DNA of 35,198 bases from Candidatus Sherwoodlollariibacterium unditelluris (GTDB lineage Bacteria; Omnitrophota; Gorgyraeia; Gygaellales; Profunditerraquicolaceae). Location of the stretch: positions 1 through 35,198 of the forward strand of contig PCRK01000167.1 in assembly GCA_002771995.1 (NCBI GenBank), given 5' to 3'. The notes beneath the pieces are model-generated. The model ran no database searches, was not told where the DNA came from, and saw nothing but the letters and a program-made list of their open reading frames with translations. Positions within the stretch are counted from its first letter, which is position 1. Each line of letters starts with the position of its first letter. Of the stretch, positions 28,289-34,320 are shown piece by piece. A program made the translations under genes and the position numbers.

Positions 28289-29646
28289 CTAAACATTATC
28301 ATCTAATAGGCATCGGCGGTATAGGTATGAGCGGGATTGCGCAGTTGCTTTTGCGCTTAGGCTATAAGGTCAGTGGTTCAGACCTAAAAGAAAATAAGAA
28401 TACGGTAAAACTTAAGAATCTAGGCGCAGAGATTTTTATCGGCCATAACTCGGGTAATATTAAGGGAGTGGATAAGGTAGTCTATTCCTCGGCGATAAAA
28501 GAAGATAATCCTGAGATTAAAGAAGCAAAGAGGTTAAAAATACCTTTAATTATGCGGGCTCAGGCATTAGCGCAGCTTATGCAGGCCAAGTCGGTAATTA
28601 CTGTTGCGGGAAGCCATGGGAAAACCACAGTTACGTCTTTAGTTTCATGCCTTTTGCTTGAGGCCGGGTTTTCTCCTACTGTGGCCATAGGCGGAATCTT
28701 AAAAAATATAGGTACTAATGCTTGCATGGGCAGTGGGGAATTTTTTGTTGCCGAGGCGGATGAATCAGACGGATCTTTTCTTTATTATAAGCCGAAATTT
28801 TCCATAATTACTAATATAGATTATGAGCATCTTAATTACTATAAGAGTTTCGAGAAAGAAGTTGAGGCATTCCGTAAGTTTTTGGGAGCCACGGATAAAG
28901 ATGGTTGTGCCTTTTGCTGCAGCGATGATTTAAATCTTAAAGGTATTCTTAAAGAATATAAAAATAAATATATTCTATTTGGGTTAAAACCGGGCGCGGA
29001 TATCTACCCTCGGAATATAAGGTTGGACGGCCTCTCTAGCGAATTTGACTGTTTTTTTAAGAATAAATTTGTGGCGAGGTTTAGTCTAAGCCTTGGCGGG
29101 GAGCATAATATTTCTAACGCCCTTTCGGTAATTGCTTTGGGTTTAGAATTGGGGATAGCGCTTAAGTTTATTAAGTCCGCGCTTCTAGGATATAAAGGCG
29201 TCGGCAGGCGCTTAGAGATAAAATTTAAGGATGAAAGATATATGGTCATTGATGATTACGCGCATCATCCTACCCAGATTAAGGCGACACTAAAGGCAAT
29301 AACCAACTTAAAGGCTAAGAGGGTCGTTGTCATATTTCAACCTCATCGTTTTACGCGTATGCAATTGCTCTTTGAGGAATTCACTAAGAGTTTTGACAAC
29401 GTAGGCTGCCTTATAATTACTGACATATACCCTGCGAGTGAATCGCCTATTCCAGGGGTAAATAGTTTTAATCTTTATGAGAAAATAAAAGAGCGTACTC
29501 AAGATAAGAAAGTTTATTTTATTCCTAAGGAAGGGATTATAAACAAAGTTTTAGAAATAATTAGGCCTGGGGATTTGATTATTACCCTCGGGGCAGGAGA
29601 TATTGCGAGGTTAAGCGATGAGTTGGCAGAAAGAATTAAGGGTTAA
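28285..29646 (+). CDS. murC: UDP-MurNAc:L-alanine ligase
   Basis: N-terminus MTKHYHLIGIGGIGMSGIA and P-loop AGSHGKTT. ATG 28285 overlaps the upstream stop. The ORF-track GTG 28264 would add 7 aa. Confidence 0.9.
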   Translation: MTKHYHLIGIGGIGMSGIAQLLLRLGYKVSGSDLKENKNTVKLKNLGAEIFIGHNSGNIKGVDKVVYSSAIKEDNPEIKEAKRLKIPLIMRAQALAQLMQAKSVITVAGSHGKTTVTSLVSCLLLEAGFSPTVAIGGILKNIGTNACMGSGEFFVAEADESDGSFLYYKPKFSIITNIDYEHLNYYKSFEKEVEAFRKFLGATDKDGCAFCCSDDLNLKGILKEYKNKYILFGLKPGADIYPRNIRLDGLSSEFDCFFKNKFVARFSLSLGGEHNISNALSVIALGLELGIALKFIKSALLGYKGVGRRLEIKFKDERYMVIDDYAHHPTQIKATLKAITNLKAKRVVVIFQPHRFTRMQLLFEEFTKSFDNVGCLIITDIYPASESPIPGVNSFNLYEKIKERTQDKKVYFIPKEGIINKVLEIIRPGDLIITLGAGDIARLSDELAERIKG

Positions 29647-30499
29647 AACTAATCAGCCGTTAAAGGCCAAAACCACCCTTAAGATCGGAGGGCCGGCTGA
29701 ATTTTTTAGCGAACCTAAAGGCCTTGCGGAATTAAAACTTCTTATTAATAAGGCCAAAGAAAATAACCTGCCTGTTTCTGTTATTGGGGCAGGCAGTAAT
29801 TTGCTGATTAGCGGCCGAGGAGTTAAAGGTCTTTTAATAAAATTAAACTCCCCTTATTTTAAAAAAATTTCATTAAAAGATAATTATATTGAGGCAGGTA
29901 GCGGCGCTATGCTGCTTAAGCTTATTCAATTCGCCAAAAGGAGGCCTTTGAGCGGAATTGAATTCTTGGCGGGTATACCCGGAACACTAGGCGGGGCATT
30001 AGCGATGAATGCCGGTTGTTGGGGTAAGAATATCGGGGATTTGGTTAAGGAAGTAAAGGTTATGGATTATAAAGGTAGTGTAAGGAAATTAACCAAGCGG
30101 GAAATAAAGTTTAGTTACCGTAAATCCGGCCTGGGAAATTATATTATATTAAGCGCGGTATTAAAACTTAAGAAAGAAAGTGCTAAGGTAATCAACCGGA
30201 ATATAAAAGATTATATTTTGAAGCGGCGCAATAGCCAAGATTTGACTTTTCCCAATGCCGGGTGTATCTTTAAGAATCCCGCTTCTTTATCCCGAGGCGC
30301 GGGTGAGTTGATAGAGCTTTGTGGGTTAAAAGGCAGGAGAATCGGGGGTGCGTCTATTTCTATTAAACACGCCAATTTTATCCTAAACAAAGGAAATGCT
30401 AATGCTGAAGATGTGCTAAGGCTTATGCGTTTAGTAAGGGAAAGGGTAAAGAAGAAATTTAAGGTAACTTTAGAACCGGAAATAAAAATATGGCAATAA
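29618..30499 (+). CDS. murB: UDP-N-acetylenolpyruvoylglucosamine reductase
   Basis: FAD-binding motifs TLKIGGPAEFF and GAGSNLL, and catalytic-region GCIFKNP. The last 16 codons lie in the left 67-bp direct repeat. Confidence 0.9.
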   Translation: MSWQKELRVKTNQPLKAKTTLKIGGPAEFFSEPKGLAELKLLINKAKENNLPVSVIGAGSNLLISGRGVKGLLIKLNSPYFKKISLKDNYIEAGSGAMLLKLIQFAKRRPLSGIEFLAGIPGTLGGALAMNAGCWGKNIGDLVKEVKVMDYKGSVRKLTKREIKFSYRKSGLGNYIILSAVLKLKKESAKVINRNIKDYILKRRNSQDLTFPNAGCIFKNPASLSRGAGELIELCGLKGRRIGGASISIKHANFILNKGNANAEDVLRLMRLVRERVKKKFKVTLEPEIKIWQ

Positions 30500-30516
30500 A
30501 CTCGCGAACTTGTGAA
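30450..30516 (+). repeat. Left 67-bp direct repeat (murB 3' end + orphaned ddl-type start)
   Basis: Identical to 30930-30996 except c30494 versus g30974. The offset is exactly 480 bp. Confidence 0.95.
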
Positions 30517-30929
30517 TTTAGAGCACGATATATTTTGTTCTTCGGGATATTGCTCGCTTACTGAAATCTCTCACCGTTCTTTTTAATGAATCTGTCGTGT
30601 TTTTCGCTTAAGTCGCTTTTGCCCTTACGGGCACAGCAAAGGTCTCTCGTATTTTTGGCGGCTGCAGAACTCGGCCGTCCCGCTCTAGCGGAGACGGCCT
30701 CAAACAGCTTCGCCGTCCCGAGATTGCCCCGACGATATGTCGGGGCCTCGGGATTCCCAAAAATACTCGAGCTGCTTTGCCTAAAAGCTCCATTCGCTCG
30801 AAATCACGCCAGATTCATTTAGCGAAGCAGCTTTATCTTATAAATGACACTGGTAAGGTTCGAGCGAATGTCGTACTTTTCGCCTCTGCGAAAAGCACGG
30901 CCTGAGCGAGAAACTTGGCAGGGTCATTT
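30517..30929. other. GC-rich, highly self-complementary non-coding insert (candidate structured RNA, or relic of an integrative or MITE-like element)
   Basis: It is bounded by the 67-bp direct repeats and visibly more GC-rich than its flanks. The only ORFs are mutually overlapping Arg/Ala/Pro/Leu-rich ones on both strands. Many nested complementary segments are listed in the findings. Confidence 0.5.
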
Positions 30930-30996
30930 AGAAGAAATTTAAGGTAACTTTAGAACCGGAAATAAAAATATGGGAATAAACTCGCGAACTTGTGAA
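30930..30996 (+). repeat. Right 67-bp direct repeat (pseudo murB 3' end + functional ddl start)
   Basis: See 30450-30516. It contains ATG 30970, which ddl uses. Confidence 0.95.
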
Positions 30997-31941
30997 CTCG
31001 CGAACTCGCGAACTAACTTTGGCAGGATTGGCGTTTTAATGGGCGGCCCTTCAAGCGAAAAGAAGATTTCGCTTAAGTCAGGCCATGCTGTCTTAAATAT
31101 TTTAAAAGAGTCAGGGCAAAAAGTTGTCCCCATAATTATTAAGACAGATAAGGTTAAAAACAATGTCCGTTTGCTTAAGTCCTCGAATATAGATTGCGCC
31201 TTTATTGCTTTGCACGGCTCATTTGGCGAGGACGGCGGGATTCAGAAGATTTTAGAGTCGCTCAAGGTTCCTTACACTGGTTCGGGGGTTAGAGCAAGTA
31301 AGTTAGCCATGGATAAGGTTGCCTCGCGCAATATTTTTAAAAAGCACGGTTTAAATGTGCCGCCCTCTAAAGTAATTAGCGAGAATTCTTATAAAATTGG
31401 CAATATCGACAAATTTGGTTTGCCGTTAGTAGTTAAACCGGCTACGCAGGGCTCAAGTATTGGGCTTTCTATTGTGGATAGTTATAAAAATATCCCTAAG
31501 GCAATAAACCTGGCTTTTAAATTTGACAAGAGGATAATTATTGAAGAATACATTAGAGGCAGGGAATTGACAGTGGGGATACTCAAAGAAAAGGCGCTTC
31601 CGGTAATTGAGATTATCCCTAAGCATTTTTTCTTTGATTATCAGGCTAAATATAAACAGGGCTTAACAGATTATATTGTTCCGGCTAAGCTGTCGTTTAA
31701 GGCCGCTCTACGGATAAAGAAAGCAGCTTTGTCAGCGCATAAGCTCTTAGGCTGCTTTGGTTGTTCTAGGGTGGATATTATATTAGATGACGCGGGTAAT
31801 CCTTTTATCCTTGAGGTAAACACAATACCCGGATTTACCTCAACTAGCCTCTTGCCTAAAGCAGCGAAAAGCGCGGGGATAGATTTTAATCATTTGTGCC
31901 TGGAATTAATCAAGTTGGCATATGGGCCTCGCACCTTCTAA
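30970..31941 (+). CDS. ddl: D-alanine--D-alanine ligase
   Basis: GVLMGGPSSEKKISLKSG, HGSFGEDGGIQ, ATP-grasp VKPATQGSSIG, LEVNTIPG. The N-terminal 17 aa (MGINSRTCELANSRTNF) are encoded by the right direct repeat plus an 8-nt tandem array. No alternative in-frame start exists before the conserved core. Confidence 0.9.
   Translation: MGINSRTCELANSRTNFGRIGVLMGGPSSEKKISLKSGHAVLNILKESGQKVVPIIIKTDKVKNNVRLLKSSNIDCAFIALHGSFGEDGGIQKILESLKVPYTGSGVRASKLAMDKVASRNIFKKHGLNVPPSKVISENSYKIGNIDKFGLPLVVKPATQGSSIGLSIVDSYKNIPKAINLAFKFDKRIIIEEYIRGRELTVGILKEKALPVIEIIPKHFFFDYQAKYKQGLTDYIVPAKLSFKAALRIKKAALSAHKLLGCFGCSRVDIILDDAGNPFILEVNTIPGFTSTSLLPKAAKSAGIDFNHLCLELIKLAYGPRTF
30981..31017 (+). repeat. 8-nt-period tandem array (GAACTNNN x4) in the ddl 5' end
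   Basis: GAACT occurs at 30986, 30994, 31002 and 31010 (cgaacttgtgaactcgcgaactcgcgaacta). It encodes ...RTCELANSRT. Confidence 0.85.
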
Positions 31942-32003
31942 AATATTCATAGTTAAATATTTTAGAGGTGTGAGGGTAATGAATTAAAAGAAGGTGCGGG
32001 GTG
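31927..32003 (+). repeat. Junction palindrome (ddl | ftsQ), the archetype: 5' arm over the ddl stop, 3' arm = SD + GTG of ftsQ
   Basis: cctcgcaccttct (31927-31939; stop 31939-31941) pairs over 13 bp, one of them G-U, with agaaggtgcgggg (31989-32001; GTG at 32001). The inner pair is attcat (31945-31950) / atgaat (31979-31984). A degenerate extra 3' arm, atattttagaggtgtgaggg, lies at 31957-31976. Confidence 0.75.
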
Positions 32004-32783
32004 AGAAAACGCAAGTTTGATTTTTTGGTTAAGCCGTTGTTTTTAAGTTTAATAATTCTTCTTGTCTCGGCTTTTATTATAGGTTCGATTTGGGAGGCCC
32101 TAACTACTTCGGATTATTTTAAGGTCAATGATATTATCAGCAAAGATATGTTAAGCGTCGATCTTTCGTATCTAAGGGGAAGGAATATATTCACCCTTAA
32201 TTTACCCGGCGAATCAGCGACGATTATAAAAGTTTGCCCGGACTGCCTAAGGGTAAGATTGGCCAGGGTTTTTCCTGACCGCGTATTCGTGGAATTCGTA
32301 AGGCGTAAGCCCGTAGCCTCAGTAAAGCTTTATCGTTATTTTTCCGTGGACCAAGACGGGGTATTTTTCTCTAGTTCTTTAGGGCCGCAGGATTCAGGCC
32401 TGCCGTTGATTATAGGATTAGAAACGAGGATATTTGGGATAAAGCCGGGAAAGAGGTGTGATGCCAAAGAGCTGGTTTTGGCTTTAGATATTATTAAAGA
32501 GGTAAAGAAAACCCGCCTATTGAGAGATTTTAAGATACAGAAGATTGAAGTGGCTGGAGCGAACGACATAACAATATCTATACCTCTTATCCCTAAATCT
32601 TTTAGTTATTCTAACGGTCAGGCTGCTTTGAAACAAGAATTTCTTGAGGTAAAGATATCTCAGGGTAATATAGCAGAAAAGATTGCGGTTATGGCCGGTT
32701 TAATAAATCAGGAAAGGCAGAATCTTAGCAATATTAAATACATAGATTTAAGGTTTAAGGAGCCGGTAATAAAGTTTAAGTGA
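32001..32783 (+). CDS. ftsQ: Cell division protein FtsQ (POTRA domain)
   Basis: Short cytoplasmic tail, one TM (LFLSLIILLVSAFIIGSIW), then POTRA-like and FtsQ-type beta domains. It sits between ddl and ftsA. The GTG start is embedded in a junction repeat. Confidence 0.8.
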   Translation: MRKRKFDFLVKPLFLSLIILLVSAFIIGSIWEALTTSDYFKVNDIISKDMLSVDLSYLRGRNIFTLNLPGESATIIKVCPDCLRVRLARVFPDRVFVEFVRRKPVASVKLYRYFSVDQDGVFFSSSLGPQDSGLPLIIGLETRIFGIKPGKRCDAKELVLALDIIKEVKKTRLLRDFKIQKIEVAGANDITISIPLIPKSFSYSNGQAALKQEFLEVKISQGNIAEKIAVMAGLINQERQNLSNIKYIDLRFKEPVIKFK

Positions 32784-32883
32784 GGCCACGGCTTATGGAG
32801 CGCTTAGCGAACATAAGCCGTTTGGCCGAACTTACCCCCGCTGTTTCGTTTTGCTTTCGCAAAGCGAAACAAAACGACGGGGG
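32784..32883 (+). other. Two long GC-rich hairpins in the ftsQ-ftsA spacer
   Basis: The first is ggccacggcttatg (32784-32797) / cataagccgtttggcc (32812-32827), 14 bp with a 2-nt bulge. The second spans 32835-32883, about 20 bp, imperfect, with outer ccccc/ggggg and a gcttt-cgc-aaagc tip. Confidence 0.7.
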
Positions 32884-32942
32884 TTAATTCGCACAATAGC
32901 TTACTCACACTTTTAGTGTTCGTAAGTTATGGGCTCATTAAG

Positions 32943-34196
32943 ATGTTAAATAATTATATCTGCGCGCTGGATATTGGTTCTAGTAAAATCGCCGTAGTTT
33001 TAGCCCGGATTAAGAAAAATAGGCTTGTGAATCTCTATTTTGATTCTTTACCCATAAAAGGGGTTAGGGAAGGGGCAATCATAGATTCTATAGGGCTTAT
33101 CGGTTCGGTAGGTAAAATCCTTAAAGCCTTAAAGGCAAAGTCCGGGGTGAATATTAAATTTGTTTCAGTAAATATCTCCGGCCAGGATATAATTACTAAA
33201 CATAGCCACGCAATCATCCCCCTTGCCGAAAGAGGGAATAAGGTCATAAGCGTATCCGATATGCAACGGGCAACGGAACAGGCGCGCGTACTCGGGTCAA
33301 GCCTTGAAGATGAGATAATTCACATGTTCCCAACGGGCTATTCCATAGATTCCAAGAATAATATATTGAATCCTCTGGGGCTCTATAGCCATAGGTTAGA
33401 GGTGGATTTATACCTTGTTTGCGCTAAGTTATCTTCGGTCGAGAGTTTAAGCCGGGTGATTAATCAATCAGGATACGAAATCAAGAATTTATTCTTTTCA
33501 GGGATAGCTACCAGTAAGGCAGTGTTTAGTTCGGGGTTTAAGGAGGGTTTTAATTTATTATGCGATTTAGGAAGTGATACCACGGAACTCTTAATTTTTA
33601 AAGACGGTTTGCTTAATGACATACAGATTTTGCCTTTTGGCGGTAATGATTTAACGCAAAAACTTTCGGATAATTTAAAGATTCCCCTTGATTTGGCCGA
33701 GGCGATAAAGTGCTCATATGGTTTTATCGGCAATCCCTCTGAAGTGGCGGAAGATAAGGAGATTTTAGTTAAAAAGAACGAATTTTATAAGCCGATAAAG
33801 CAAAGGCTTGTCGCGGAAATTATTACAGCTTCGGCTAGGGAAATATGTTCTAAAATAAAAAGTGCCGCAGAGAAAAAAGTCGCGTTTCATAAGTTGAGTA
33901 ATTTTGTTGTTGTGGGTAGAACAATACTATTAGAGGGATTTATTGAGACTTTAGAAAATACCTTAAATGCCCCGGTTAAACTCGGCCGGCTTACTAACTT
34001 AGAGATAATTTCTTTAATCAAAGAGAATAGTGAGTTATCGGGACAAAAATACCTTAATTACCTTACTTGTTTAGGAATGATTTGTGAAGCATTAGAGAAT
34101 AAACCCTTAGGGATTTTGCCTCTACGCCAGCCTGCTAAAAACCTCGTTTTAAAGCTTATAAACAGGGTCAAGGAAGTATATCAGGAATACTTTTAA
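32943..34196 (+). CDS. ftsA: Cell division protein FtsA (actin-like ATPase)
   Basis: Phosphate-1 motif CALDIGSSKIAV, phosphate-2-like CDLGSDTTELLIF, and a C-terminal amphipathic tail. ATG 32943 gives the homolog-like N-terminus. The ORF-track GTG 32916 lies inside a hairpin. Confidence 0.85.
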   Translation: MLNNYICALDIGSSKIAVVLARIKKNRLVNLYFDSLPIKGVREGAIIDSIGLIGSVGKILKALKAKSGVNIKFVSVNISGQDIITKHSHAIIPLAERGNKVISVSDMQRATEQARVLGSSLEDEIIHMFPTGYSIDSKNNILNPLGLYSHRLEVDLYLVCAKLSSVESLSRVINQSGYEIKNLFFSGIATSKAVFSSGFKEGFNLLCDLGSDTTELLIFKDGLLNDIQILPFGGNDLTQKLSDNLKIPLDLAEAIKCSYGFIGNPSEVAEDKEILVKKNEFYKPIKQRLVAEIITASAREICSKIKSAAEKKVAFHKLSNFVVVGRTILLEGFIETLENTLNAPVKLGRLTNLEIISLIKENSELSGQKYLNYLTCLGMICEALENKPLGILPLRQPAKNLVLKLINRVKEVYQEYF

Positions 34197-34230
34197 TGAC
34201 GGCACAACGTGCCTCACTTACTTTCTATTG

Positions 34231-34286
34231 ACCCCGCACCTTCTTTGTATTAGAATGAACTAATTAAATTGAAGAAGGTGCGGGGT
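34231..34286 (+). repeat. Junction palindrome (ftsA | yggS), perfect 15-bp arms
   Basis: accccgcaccttctt (34231-34245) is the exact complement of aagaaggtgcggggt (34272-34286). The 26-nt AT-rich loop contains tttgtattaga. Confidence 0.8.
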
Positions 34287-34313
34287 TGACCCGTTTCTAT
34301 TCTGTTGTATAAT
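34286..34313 (+). promoter_or_regulatory. Candidate promoter giving a leaderless or near-leaderless yggS mRNA
   Basis: TTGACC (34286-34291), a 16-nt spacer, then TATAAT (34308-34313). Only 7 nt (atttgca) and no SD lie before ATG 34321. Confidence 0.55.
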
Positions 34314-34320
34314 ATTTGCA

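Noticed and set aside
30586-30822. ORFs inside the murB-ddl insert (78 aa on + at 30586..30822; 61 aa on - at 30608..30793)
   Set aside because: They overlap each other on opposite strands. They are Arg/Ala/Pro/Leu-rich, as expected from translating GC-rich palindromic DNA. They have no SD, and their span coincides with the nested helices. Non-coding structure explains the sequence better.
30850-30875. tRNA- or tmRNA-like T-arm (ggttcgagc) in the insert
   Set aside because: The flanking sequence offers no acceptor, D or anticodon arms and no CCA-proximal stem. ttcgagcgaatg is better explained as the complement of cattcgctcgaa at 30791-30802.
30450-30996. Diversity-generating retroelement (template/variable repeat pair) as an explanation for the 67-bp repeats
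   Set aside because: The single difference is c versus g, not an adenine-specific substitution pattern. No reverse transcriptase gene is present in the window, and the repeat covers a gene junction rather than a variable C-terminal domain.
32916-32942. GTG 32916 as the ftsA start
   Set aside because: It lies within the stem of hairpin 32900-32926 and adds 9 residues ahead of the conserved MLNNYICALDIGSSK N-terminus. ATG 32943 is preferred.
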